Shown here one piece after another: positions 9,093-17,649 of a stretch of DNA of 64,000 nt (the first letter of the stretch is position 1; each line of letters begins with the position of its first letter). Below the pieces are notes generated by a model. The model was not told where the DNA came from. It saw nothing but the letters and a program-made list of their open reading frames with translations, and searched no databases. This stretch comes from Bdellovibrionota bacterium (lineage in GTDB: Bacteria; Bdellovibrionota_C; UBA2361; JBGSMV01): positions 569 to 64,568 of the forward strand of contig JBIKWF010000010.1 of NCBI GenBank assembly GCA_044356455.1, given 5' to 3'. A program made the translations under genes and the position numbers.

Positions 9093-10420
9093 GGCTTCCT
9101 TGTCGCTCCGAAAGTAGTGCCCGAACGCCTGTAGCTAAGAAGCTTCGACGAATAGGTGCGGATTCTTAGCGAGACTTGATTGCCTATCTCGTGGAGCCCA
9201 GCCGCAACAGAATGCCACTGTTCGGTGCTCGTTTTATAAAGGGCAAACGCGGCCAGAGCGAGAACGGCGACGTTTGGTAGCCATAGGCTTATGAGAGTGG
9301 AGATTGTTCCGCTTTGGGCAAGTACCAGACCAATTGAGAAGATTCCGTAGTATAAAACAAATATCACAAGTCCAAGGGTCGCTGAGAGACCTGCGCCCCA
9401 CGTGCGCTGTGCGCGTGGAGGCTGAATGCCAAGAGGTAGTGCCAGAAGGGCCAGCGCAAATGAGGCGAAGGGAAGGGAGAACCGCTGACCTAACTCCAGC
9501 TCCGTGCGTACAATCCTCTTTTCTAGGGCTTCTCGGGTAGTCTTTTCTGCGAGCACTGAGGCCGGTACGGGAGCGGGATACGCCTCAGGAAATAGCAGCC
9601 CCTCTTCGGGAATGTGATCTCCCAGGGTTCTCAAGTAAGCAAGTCTCTCTCGAAGTTCAGAGAGATACATTTCAGAGATGTTTCTGCCCTTTTGTGATTC
9701 TTGGTCAAATAACTCGTCTGGATTCACAGACAGATTGTTGGTGGAGAAGCGCGTGACGGCATACTTTCCTTCCAGCTGCTCGTGAATGGTGCCACTTCGA
9801 AGAAGCAACACGATTGCGCGATTTGCTGCATCGGAGCGAATTTCTCCTGTCTGCGCCGTGACAACTTTGCGCTGAGTCTTGTCTCTGCGATCGTCGATAA
9901 GAACGTTGCCTAGCTCTCCCGTCTGGTAGTCAATCTGCTCCGCATAAAGGGTTAAATCCCCAAGCTTGTTAAATACGCTCTTTTCCAGTCCTGAGGTGCT
10001 CTTGGTACGAGCAATGTCGAAAAGCGTCTCCGATAAGTTTCGAAAGCCCCAGGGTTTTAACTCTTGGGCGACAAGAACCCCCGCAGCAGATGCGAGCAAG
10101 CCAAATAACACTACGGGCCGAACTAACTGAAGAATGCTGATGCCGCTTGCTCGCATGACGACGATTTCTGAATCGCCCGAGAATCGCGCGAACGCCAGCA
10201 TGATTCCTAGCAGCGTCGCGAGCGGAATGGCAACTTCGAGGAATGTTGGAATAATCGAAATAAATACAGCGCCAATTTGAGAAATCTCAACTCCCTTGTC
10301 GATGATCAGATTGGCAAAGCGCAGCATGCGTAAAGTCAGAAGCACGCCCGTGAAGGCGAAGAGACTTATAAAGAAAAAAAGTCCGCTTTCTCTGAGAGTA
10401 TATCGATAAAGAATTTTCAC
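9089..10420 (-). CDS. lptF: LPS export ABC permease, LptF/LptG family (paralog)
   Basis: Motif VMRASGISILQ and a TM pattern as for LptG. The ORF track extends to 10495, but that extension overlaps the rpsU terminator. The likely start is GTG at 10420 (VKILYRYTLRE, the family N-terminus). Confidence 0.7.
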   Translation of the reverse strand: MKILYRYTLRESGLFFFISLFAFTGVLLTLRMLRFANLIIDKGVEISQIGAVFISIIPTFLEVAIPLATLLGIMLAFARFSGDSEIVVMRASGISILQLVRPVVLFGLLASAAGVLVAQELKPWGFRNLSETLFDIARTKSTSGLEKSVFNKLGDLTLYAEQIDYQTGELGNVLIDDRRDKTQRKVVTAQTGEIRSDAANRAIVLLLRSGTIHEQLEGKYAVTRFSTNNLSVNPDELFDQESQKGRNISEMYLSELRERLAYLRTLGDHIPEEGLLFPEAYPAPVPASVLAEKTTREALEKRIVRTELELGQRFSLPFASFALALLALPLGIQPPRAQRTWGAGLSATLGLVIFVLYYGIFSIGLVLAQSGTISTLISLWLPNVAVLALAAFALYKTSTEQWHSVAAGLHEIGNQVSLRIRTYSSKLLSYRRSGTTFGATRKP

Positions 10421-10500
10421 GCTGGAAATCCTACCGCATGCGGCGTGTGTGCGACAGAAAGCCTTTGTGGCGAGATGCCGAAAGAGGGGGCCCATGGCAT

Positions 10501-10538
10501 AAAAAAAGCCCCCTGAACGCTTTGGGCGTCAGGGGGCC
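10501..10538 (-). terminator. rho-independent terminator of rpsU (minus strand)
   Basis: On the minus strand the hairpin GCCCCCTGACGCCCAAAGCGTTCAGGGGGC is followed by TTTTTTT. Confidence 0.7.
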
Positions 10539-10599
10539 TTTTAGACCTCTTCCCCTGTTTTGTATTCAACAATCAGGAGAACAGCCAGAAGCGAAACAA

Positions 10600-11073
10600 C
10601 TAAGAGAAAAGGTAGGGATTCTTCTTGTTGCGTGCCTCTTCTTTGCGGAGCTTCTTGATAGACTCCTTCTCTTTACGCTTGCGGCGCTCAGAGGGCTTCT
10701 CATAGTAACGACGAGACTTGAGTTCCTTGAAGAGTCCTTCCTTAATCAGCTTACGCTTAAGGACCTTCATGGCCTTCTCAATGTTATTCTCTACGTATAC
10801 TTCCATTGCTTGAGGCTTTGGTCGGTCATCGCGGTCACGCGAGAATCCGCCGCGGTCTCCACCACGATCGCCGAATCCGCCACGGTCCCCAAAGCCACCA
10901 CGGTCCCCGAAGCCACCACGGTCTCCGAAACCTCTATCGCCAGAACCGCGATCATTCTGGCCGCGATCCCCGCCTGAACGGCTGCCATAGGCGCCGTTTC
11001 CGTTAACTTTAACAGTGCCGTCGCCACCTACAGGTGCGCCGTCTTGATTGGCTGCTGCTGAACTATCCTTCAT
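10600..11073 (-). CDS. rpsU: 30S ribosomal protein S21 with an about 90-aa N-terminal Gly/Arg-rich (GDRGGF)n extension
   Basis: The C-terminal 68 aa MEVYVENNIEKAMKVLKRKLIKEGLFKELKSRRYYEKPSERRKRKEKESIKKLRKEEARNKK align with S21 (MPVIKVRENE...FYEKPT..RKR). The frame continues open upstream through 18-bp DNA tandem repeats encoding GDRGGFGDRGGFGDRGGF. The best RBS (GAAAGGTAGG) precedes the Met at 11073; the ORF track starts at 11118. Confidence 0.7.
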   Translation of the reverse strand: MKDSSAAANQDGAPVGGDGTVKVNGNGAYGSRSGGDRGQNDRGSGDRGFGDRGGFGDRGGFGDRGGFGDRGGDRGGFSRDRDDRPKPQAMEVYVENNIEKAMKVLKRKLIKEGLFKELKSRRYYEKPSERRKRKEKESIKKLRKEEARNKKNPYLFS

Positions 11074-11513
11074 GCCTACCTTTCTTGTTCCTTCAGTACT
11101 ATCTGATGACGAAATCATAAACTCTTAGCAACAAAATCTTATTTCGCTCGTAAGAGGCCCCGCGATGCAGCAGTGAGACTGCAACATCAAAGCAAGCGGG
11201 ACCAAAAAGCGAGTCTCTTCACTACGTAAGGAGGAGTGCCTCGATAACTGAAACCGCGCGATTTATAGCAGAAAGCTTCCTGAAAAGCGAAGCTTCAAGC
11301 CTATCATAAAAGGCAAATATGAGGGGAAGTCCCAGGTCTTATTTTTACCCTATAAGAGCGGAAAGTCGCATTTAAGGTGCTGTAATTATTACTTAATAAC
11401 AATTATATGAGAAGGCTGGCTCTAGAAGGTTCATTCTGGGTCTCACGCCTGGGAAAGGCAGCATAGTGAAAAAATCGAGAGATAAAGGGGAATAAGGCGG
11501 CCTAAAGGTGCGC

Positions 11514-12437
11514 TTAGGAGTGATTTCTGCGTGAGCTAAGCTCAATGAGCGCCACTTCGGGAGGGCAGTTTACACGCAGGGGCAGCACCACTGTTCCAAG
11601 CCCTCGAGAGGTGAATATTGAGCAATCGGGCAGCTCTACCAGGCCTTCGGCAAATCGTAGGTCGCGAACATTGTAAGAGAGCGCTCCAATTCCAGGAAGT
11701 TTTATCTGGCCACCGTGGGTATGTCCCGCTAGCCCAAGATCGAAGGGGACCTTCCAGCGCGTGATAATCTGATCGAACAGATCGGGGTTGTGAGATAGCA
11801 CCACTCTCGCGTGGCGCTTAGCCGTGCCCTCACGGGAGCGAAGTGGGAAGGCGCGAGGAACTCCAGTCCATAAATCATCGTAGCCAACAATCTCTAATTC
11901 GTCGTCCCCGCGTCTTATCGTTTGTGCTTCGTTTATGAGCACGTGGATCTTTTGATTCCCAAAGGTGCGGGCGCACAGCCTGCCTCCTGAGCTTCGATCG
12001 TGATTGCCAAGTACGGCAAAGGCGCCGTCCGGCGCATTGCAAATAGACAGTATCCCCGCAAGCTGAGAGAAAAATCGCTCAGCGCTCTCCTCGTTGCTGC
12101 GGAAGCAGTTCGACGCTGTTATGGTTGAAAGCACAGCCTGCGTCATGCGGGAGTCCGTGTGCAGAATATAGTCTCCGCCGAGGAGTAGAATGTCTGGCTT
12201 TTGTGCGTTTAGTAATTCAACTGCGGACAAGACAAACGCGGCGTCTGTGCATTCGCCGATGTGAATATCAGAGAGAAAGCCGATGCGATAACCTTCGAAT
12301 GCTGGAGGCAGATGAGGAATGGTAACGTGGCTATGAGTGACCTCCAGCGCATAGGTGGTTCCTTCGCATCCAAGCGAATAAATCCCAACTCCGGTGCCGC
12401 CAAGAAGTGCGGTTTTAAGAAAATTTCTGCGGTTCAT
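11514..12437 (-). CDS. Tat-secreted metallophosphoesterase (calcineurin-like)
   Basis: Twin-arginine signal MNRRNFLKTALLGG; phosphoesterase motifs GDxxH (LSDIHIG), GGDYI and GNHD. Confidence 0.75.
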   Translation of the reverse strand: MNRRNFLKTALLGGTGVGIYSLGCEGTTYALEVTHSHVTIPHLPPAFEGYRIGFLSDIHIGECTDAAFVLSAVELLNAQKPDILLLGGDYILHTDSRMTQAVLSTITASNCFRSNEESAERFFSQLAGILSICNAPDGAFAVLGNHDRSSGGRLCARTFGNQKIHVLINEAQTIRRGDDELEIVGYDDLWTGVPRAFPLRSREGTAKRHARVVLSHNPDLFDQIITRWKVPFDLGLAGHTHGGQIKLPGIGALSYNVRDLRFAEGLVELPDCSIFTSRGLGTVVLPLRVNCPPEVALIELSSRRNHS

Positions 12438-12488
12438 GCGGGAAATTTGAAATCATCTTCAGCGAACAAGTGAGAATTCCTTGGGAAT

Positions 12489-13127
12489 TTAGGAGCGCCG
12501 CAAGCGAGCTGCTTGTTGTGCGCGGTGGCTCCTCACTACGTGCAGCCAGCCCCCTTGCTTAATCCAGCGGTCGAGCGCGGGGATATCTGGGTGGCGCCTT
12601 TCGAGTTCGCGAAACTCGCGTCCGTGCCAGGCACGCTTGCTCCCTTGCCTGCCAATATTCTCCCCTAGCACCGCATGGCAGAGCTCGTGATATAAAAGAG
12701 GCCTTAACCATTGCTCACAATCAGGCCGATTCAGCTCCAGCGCAACCTTTACCATGCTGCGCTTGAGGTTACAGGACGCCAGAGTGCGCCGCTGACGCCG
12801 CGTGCTCCACACGATGGTGTAAGAAAATAAATCTAATCTTTCAGGGAAAAACTGCGAAATAAGCTCACGCCATATCGCAGCGAGTCTCGCATCAGAAGTC
12901 TTTGCCCGAGGAGTTCGGGTTTTCGGCTTTAGAATCGTTTGGGCACTAAGCCTCGGCGCCAGTCCCATGGCATGGAGCTCTGTGGGAGTGCTCTCAAAGA
13001 GGCCTAGCTGCCGCGCAAGGGGGCGAATTCGGCGCATGAACGACAAGAGCTGCTTGGAAAACATTACAGAAGATACCGCCATATTTGAGGGGGTTACGAA
13101 ATCCCCGAACCCGCCTCCCCCCTTCAT
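12489..13127 (-). CDS. DUF45/YgjP-like (M48-family) zinc metal-dependent hydrolase
   Basis: HELCHAVLGENIGRQGSKRAWHGREFRELERRHPD is an HExxH..(N/H)..W motif in the arrangement typical of the YgjP/UTP-pyrophosphatase family. Confidence 0.55.
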   Translation of the reverse strand: MKGGGGFGDFVTPSNMAVSSVMFSKQLLSFMRRIRPLARQLGLFESTPTELHAMGLAPRLSAQTILKPKTRTPRAKTSDARLAAIWRELISQFFPERLDLFSYTIVWSTRRQRRTLASCNLKRSMVKVALELNRPDCEQWLRPLLYHELCHAVLGENIGRQGSKRAWHGREFRELERRHPDIPALDRWIKQGGWLHVVRSHRAQQAARLRRS

Positions 13128-13209
13128 CGCATCTCAAGGAGTGTCGGGCCAGTCTCCGTCCACGATTTAGGCGGAGGGCCCTTAAAATGCATCTGGGCGT
13201 TTAGAATGC

Positions 13210-13719
13210 TTGGGACACAGCTACTCAAGCACCCCAAGATTGGAGAGAGGACGTATGGAAGAGAGCAAAGCATTGCATCGATTGGTAGAAGCCCAAGATC
13301 TCGTTGGCATGATTGAAACCATGCTTAGCCCTGAGATGGCAGACAAGCTCTCGCCTTCAGCCTGGTCAGGACTCCGCATTACTCTGCGTTCCGTTCGCGA
13401 AATGATTGGAACGAGTCATGCGGCGATGGCAAATGATTTTGTATCTCGTTCCAAGTCGGCGTTTGCCGCGTCTTCGTCGACTCAGGGCGCGGCTATGGTC
13501 GAAAGAGTTGCCAGACAGGAAGCTTTTACTCGATCAGAGCTAGCCAAACCTGAGTCTCCAATAACTCAGGCAAACTCTGCGGCTGGTTCGACGTCTTCGG
13601 CTATGTTGTCATCAAGCCCCAGTCAGATGGGGGTAGCCTCTGACAATATCAGGGCTAATCCAGGCCTAAGTCGCCGCGACTTGAAAGCTTCTCTCGAGCG
13701 TCTTGTAGAGCGGAGCTAG
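13210..13719 (+). CDS. hypothetical protein, Ser/Ala-rich
   Basis: ORF only; the stop TAG lies inside the first bases of the family P repeat. Confidence 0.35.
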   Translation: MGHSYSSTPRLERGRMEESKALHRLVEAQDLVGMIETMLSPEMADKLSPSAWSGLRITLRSVREMIGTSHAAMANDFVSRSKSAFAASSSTQGAAMVERVARQEAFTRSELAKPESPITQANSAAGSTSSAMLSSSPSQMGVASDNIRANPGLSRRDLKASLERLVERS

Positions 13720-13830
13720 GAGTGTGTCCCGTAGAAACATAAATCTTCAATTTGGACACAATCCGTAGGTGGGCTGTCCCGCTGCCACCACAACATGTAG
13801 TGGTAGAAATTTTCTACGGGACAGACCCCT
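13715..13830. repeat. palindromic repeat family P, compact complete copy (two hairpin modules)
   Basis: GCTAGGAGTGTGTCCCGTAGAAACATAAATCTTCAATTTGGACACAATCCGTAGG + TGGGCTGTCCCGCTGCCACCACAACATGTAGTGGTAGAAATTTTCTACGGGACAGACC. This is the reverse complement of 17378-17446 plus 17596-17649. Confidence 0.75.
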
Positions 13831-13867
13831 AAAGTCTCAACTCAAGCAAAGAAAAGCAGGCCAAATG

Positions 13868-13900
13868 GCCTGCTTTTGTCCCAGCTTTATTACTAAAGAG
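13868..13900. terminator. bidirectional rho-independent terminator between convergent genes
   Basis: AAAAGCAGGCCAAATGGCCTGCTTTTG, with A/T runs on both sides. Confidence 0.65.
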
Positions 13901-13926
13901 GGCCCATTTTCAAAATAAAAGACTCT

Positions 13927-14229
13927 CTATTTATTGCTAAAAAGCCCAGAGAAGAACGTTTTTAGCCATTCGCCATCCTTACCGCCTCTATCAGAGGCGC
14001 GCTTGAGGATTTCTTCAAGTTCTCCCGCATCTAGCCAAATGCCGCCTGACTTTGGGCATTTATCTACGGTAACGCCGTCAATAACGACTTCCGTCATCGC
14101 TTCCCCTGAAATAGGGCTAAGGCGAGGCTTGCGGGTTCCGTCCTTAATTCTGGCGAGGGCTTCCTTATTTTGCTTATCAAAATAGGACTCTTCTTGCGCC
14201 CGCCGTCTATCATCCCAACTATCGTTCAT
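13927..14229 (-). CDS. small zf-TFIIB-like (degenerate zinc-ribbon) domain protein
   Basis: VDKCPKSGGIWLDAGELEEIL matches the second half-site (CPxCxGxWLDxGEL) of TFIIB-type zinc-ribbon proteins. The first CxxC is not conserved. Confidence 0.45.
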   Translation of the reverse strand: MNDSWDDRRRAQEESYFDKQNKEALARIKDGTRKPRLSPISGEAMTEVVIDGVTVDKCPKSGGIWLDAGELEEILKRASDRGGKDGEWLKTFFSGLFSNK

Positions 14230-14340
14230 AGGAAATCCTAGAAATTGACTTTCTCTTTATGTTCTCATATTTACACCGGCTAGACGGGTTTGAAAACCTC
14301 TGGGCTTGTGCTTTAGGTGTACGCCCCGTTGGTTCCTTTT

Positions 14341-14413
14341 GCGGGTGTAACTCAGTTGGTAGAGTGCCAGCTTCCCAAGCTGGATGTCGCGGGTTCGACC
14401 CCCGTCACCCGCT
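14341..14413 (+). tRNA. tRNA-Gly (anticodon CCC)
   Basis: Cloverleaf by hand: acceptor GCGGGTG/CACCCGC, D arm ACTC-AGTTGGTA-GAGT, anticodon stem CCAGC/GCTGG with loop TTCCCAA, T arm GCGGG-TTCGACC-CCCGT. Confidence 0.88.
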
Positions 14414-14572
14414 TATTTTTACTTGGTTTTTAGGCTGAGTGGGTCACTTAGCCTGATTTGTTAGTTTTTTTTCTTGCTGACGTAGTTTTTTTCGTTCTTG
14501 TTGGGCATACTAGGTGCCCTTAGCGAGAAATAGCCGAACGGCTATAACAACTCCGCTAAGATAATCGCCGTT

Positions 14573-14649
14573 GCGGGCGTAGCTCAGCTGGCTAGAGCGC
14601 TTCCTTGCCAAGGAAGAGGTCGAGAGTTCGAATCTCTTCGCCCGCTCCA
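14573..14649 (+). tRNA. tRNA-Gly (anticodon GCC), CCA encoded
   Basis: Acceptor GCGGGCG/CGCCCGC, anticodon stem CTTCC/GGAAG with loop TTGCCAA, T loop GTTCGAATC, 3' CCA present. Confidence 0.9.
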
Positions 14650-14650
14650 T

Positions 14651-15003
14651 ATTGTTCCTATCTCGACTTTGGCCTTAGGGGCCAAAGATCTCGATGACGG
14701 CCGAGGGGCTTTGCCCCTGGACCCCAGGATTCTCCATCTGCTTTATCAAGGTTACTACGATAACAAGTCCGCTTTTGGGGCGGAGGCATTGTTCCTATCT
14801 CGACTTTGGCCTTAGGGGCCAAAGATCTCGGGTGGCGGCCGAGGGGCTTTGCCCCTGGACCCCAGGATTCTCCATCTGCTTTATCAAGGTTACTACGATA
14901 ATAAGTCCGCTTTTGGGGCGGAGGCATTGTTCCTATCTCGACTTTGGCCTTAGGGGCCAAAGATCTCGGGTGGCGGCCGAGGGGCTTTGCCCCTGGACCC
15001 CAG
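14651..15003. repeat. 2.6 tandem copies of a 137-138-bp unit starting 2 bp after the tRNA-Gly(GCC) CCA end
   Basis: Unit ATTGTTCCTATCTCGACTTTGGCCTTAGGGGCCAAAGATCTCG..GGCCGAGGGGCTTTGCCCCTGGACCCCAGG..CCGCTTTTGGGGCGGAGGC recurs at 14651, 14788 and 14926. Each unit carries three internal hairpins. The ORF-track peptides on both strands here are repeat artefacts. Confidence 0.85.
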
Positions 15004-15064
15004 AACATTCTCCTGTTTGTCACCGACTGCCGGACGTGATTACGTTTTGCGCAGTTGCAATTTA

Positions 15065-15164
15065 CCTAGGGAGTCGTTGAGAAAACTCGATAACTTATTT
15101 TTCCTCTCTGTGATCTCGGTGCGCTCTGTGGTTTTTCAACAGGTTAATTCAAACACCGAGAGCA
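15065..15164. repeat. truncated B-type palindromic core (CTCTGTGATCTC..CTCTGTGG TTTTTCAACA..TTAATTCAAA..) with degenerate A-type left end
   Basis: Near-identical to 25464-25560. It is abutted or interrupted by the A-family element that starts at 15165. Confidence 0.6.
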
Positions 15165-15385
15165 CTTAGGGAGCCTCTGAAAAACCTCGAAAAGGAACTT
15201 TTTTTGTCCTGTTTTCCCTCCGCGTACTCTGCGTACCCGGCTCCGCCAAAGCTGCGCCGCTGCCGCACTTAAGCCTGGCTCGGCGCAGCCGTAAGGCGTA
15301 GACGGCTCCGCGTTATTCATTAGTTTTCAAGTAACGCGGAGGACGCTGAGTACGCGGAGAGCTGGTTTCTCAGAGATTCCCTAGG
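15165..15385. mobile_element. MITE-like element, family A (221 bp), TIRs CTTAGGGAGCCTCTGAAAAAC / GTTTCTCAGAGATTCCCTAGG
   Basis: About 21-bp terminal inverted repeats matching the 24420-24570 element. The internal palindrome CCTCCGCGTACTCTGCGTAC...GCGGAGGACGCTGAGTACGCGGAG carries an extra 75-bp GC-rich insertion. Confidence 0.75.
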
Positions 15386-15485
15386 AAGCTCCTGAAGCAC
15401 CCCAAGAACATCGAGTTATCACTTCCCCTTCGTGTTCTCTGTGGTCTTAGTGGTTGTTCTCTTAAATCACGACACTGTCGAGGCG

Positions 15486-15926
15486 TCACTCTCTAATGAG
15501 TTGTATCGAGCCGCGATAGTCTCCCTGAATCAGAGTTCCTTCCATCGTTGCCGTGCCCAAGACCTGCTCGCCTATGAGCCTGGTATTCGCTCGGGCTCCG
15601 TCACTGAAGATGAGGCGAGCTTTCGCGAAGTAGGTACGATTTGCTAATTTAACATTGGTGACGGTGCCGCGGATGAAAAAGAAGGTCGATTCTTCGTTTG
15701 AAGTAGGATCGTCGCGTCTGACTGTTCCGGAGATCTTCCCGTTCTTCTGAACTCTTATTCTAAAGCCATCATAATAGAGATAATCGCCGCGTTGGTTCTC
15801 AACGAGAGAATTGCCGTTACTATAGAACCCTGCGAACACCTTCGCGGCCTGGCTGGGCGCCGCTTGAGCGGTTGCGGTGAGTACAAGAAATCCTGCGAAG
15901 GCAATAAATTTAGCGAGTTGGTTCAT
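15486..15926 (-). CDS. secreted hypothetical protein
   Basis: Signal peptide MNQLAKFIAFAGFLVLTATAQA; no recognisable domain. Confidence 0.5.
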   Translation of the reverse strand: MNQLAKFIAFAGFLVLTATAQAAPSQAAKVFAGFYSNGNSLVENQRGDYLYYDGFRIRVQKNGKISGTVRRDDPTSNEESTFFFIRGTVTNVKLANRTYFAKARLIFSDGARANTRLIGEQVLGTATMEGTLIQGDYRGSIQLIRE

Positions 15927-16079
15927 ACAACAGTCTCCTGAGAAGTATATTGTTCCAGATATGTGACCCCTCGTTATCGGCGACTTGGAGCAGAAGTTTC
16001 CTGTCGGTTAAAGGTAGTCGGGTGGCTACGATGCCGGAGCAGCTATCGCTGAGGGTGCGGTTAGTTCTGGCAGAGCGAC

Positions 16080-17108
16080 TTAGCGAAAGGGGCCAGGATT
16101 AGGAAGCTTTTCAAGAGTTGCAATTGCCTCTTCTCCGAGACAAGCAAGAGTTGAATCTGGCAGTTCGGGAATCTCAAAATCCAGAAGCTCGGAAATGATG
16201 CGGGCTGTTGTGCGGCGATCGCCAAAGCGTGAAACTGCCTCGATGTAAAGAAGTAACGCTTCGGAATTAGTCTGCTTAGAAGTGGCGTTTCTCGTTACCC
16301 TAAGGAGCTCTTCTGCGCTCCCGATGGCACCTGGGGCCTGGCCTGTCATGCTCGTAAAGATGGAGCAAGAGGTGCTGGCTGCCCAAAGCGATTGACTGAT
16401 CTCGCGAGAAGCATCTGGCGTGTATCCGGGAAGTGAAAGTAGGAATTTTCCCGCGAGGTAGGATGCTTCAACAAACTCTGTTTTCTCTGCAATCTTTTCG
16501 AGTACCACGATAATATTCTGCTGAGCCCTAAGGGGGAGAGAGTGAAACTCCTCTTGGCAAGGTAGCATATCCAACCAAGCCCCGAGGCTTTCTTGCGACA
16601 CCTCTCCGCAGCGTGAGAGTAGGATTTTCTCAAGGGCTGGAAAGTCTGGAGTAGCGCCACGAAAGACATCGCTCAGCGCCTCGGTAAACATGCTTCGAAG
16701 TGCGCACTCTTCGACGAGAATCTCAATCGACTCTAGGTCTCCTTCGCTAAGCTCGAGCGCCTGAGTTGCAAATGAGGTGACGTCTCCATTTGCAGGAACC
16801 TCAAGTCGGTGCGAGCGTGCGTTGCCATCGATCTTAAGCTGCAAGGAACGCCCGATCTCCCGGGCTTCTTGAAGCTTATTAGAAAGCATGTGGACGTGGA
16901 CGGGGTCGATAACGGTACTGCCCAGGACGTTTCCCGTTTCAACCTCGAGCTCTTCTCTCTCTGCGGACGTTTGAGGCGAGGGGATTTTCGAAGCGTTGAT
17001 ATAACTGGTTGGTTTGGGACGGCCTTTTAGCAGCGCTTCGTAGAGATTCCTGGGTGTGCGCTTTAGTGGTTCAGGGATGGGGTGGTTCGAGGCCTCAAGG
17101 TTGACCAT
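16080..17108 (-). CDS. hypothetical protein (342 aa)
   Basis: Long ORF with no recognisable motifs. Confidence 0.45.
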   Translation of the reverse strand: MVNLEASNHPIPEPLKRTPRNLYEALLKGRPKPTSYINASKIPSPQTSAEREELEVETGNVLGSTVIDPVHVHMLSNKLQEAREIGRSLQLKIDGNARSHRLEVPANGDVTSFATQALELSEGDLESIEILVEECALRSMFTEALSDVFRGATPDFPALEKILLSRCGEVSQESLGAWLDMLPCQEEFHSLPLRAQQNIIVVLEKIAEKTEFVEASYLAGKFLLSLPGYTPDASREISQSLWAASTSCSIFTSMTGQAPGAIGSAEELLRVTRNATSKQTNSEALLLYIEAVSRFGDRRTTARIISELLDFEIPELPDSTLACLGEEAIATLEKLPNPGPFR

Positions 17109-17377
17109 TGGAGAATCCTAGTCTTGCGGATCCTGCTAAGGAAGACTTTCTTTATTTCAGACTCACTGAGATAGAGCGACTTGAGTCGTAATTTCCTGAT
17201 ATTGTTGAAAAACAAAGGGTGCATGCTGCTCTAAAGCGATCATTCGTCTTATTCCACAGATACATCAAAGAGTTAGTCACGCAAAAAATTACCGTCAGCC
17301 TATGCGGGAAGTGGCGAGGGAGTAGGCTCATTGTGGATTACGTTCACAGGAAGGCGTGCCTTCTTAAAAAGCACACT

Positions 17378-17649
17378 TCTAGGAGTCTGTCCCGCAGAAA
17401 ATTTCTACCACTACATGTTGTGGTGGCAGCGGGACAGCCCACCTAGCCCCTATTGCTCATACGCCCTATCAGGTTCCGAACTCCCTACGGTGCTGCAAGT
17501 AGTCCTTTACGCGGGGATCTCCGCGAATAGGGGCTCAGCTCGCCTTTTCAGTTCGCATATTTTGGAGCAATCGAGCTGAAGCGTGAAAAGGCGGCTACGG
17601 ATTGTGTCCAAAATGAAGATTTATGTTTCTACGGGACACACTCCTAGCT
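17378..17649. repeat. palindromic repeat family P, inverted copy interrupted by a 149-bp insertion (17447-17595)
   Basis: 17378-17446 and 17596-17649 together equal the reverse complement of 13715-13830. The intervening 149 bp has its own hairpin (TCGCCTTTTCAGTTCG...CGTGAAAAGGCGG). The stop codon of the 17621..19990 gene lies inside this repeat. Confidence 0.75.

Noticed and set aside
10421-10495. ORF-track N-terminal extension of the lptF-like gene (MGPLFRHLATKAFCRTHAACGRISS...)
   Set aside because: It overlaps the rpsU rho-independent terminator. The conserved family N-terminus (KILYRYTL) begins at a GTG at 10420.
10438-10977. 179-aa plus-strand ORF
   Set aside because: Antisense to rpsU and its Gly/Arg repeat region, and it spans the rpsU terminator. 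The GC-rich repeat keeps all frames open.
14658-15080. Long ORFs on both strands (121 and 128 aa) with internally repeated peptides
   Set aside because: They lie entirely within the 137-bp tandem DNA repeats after tRNA-Gly. Their reading frames are a by-product of the repeat period, with no RBS and openness on both strands. Treated as non-coding.
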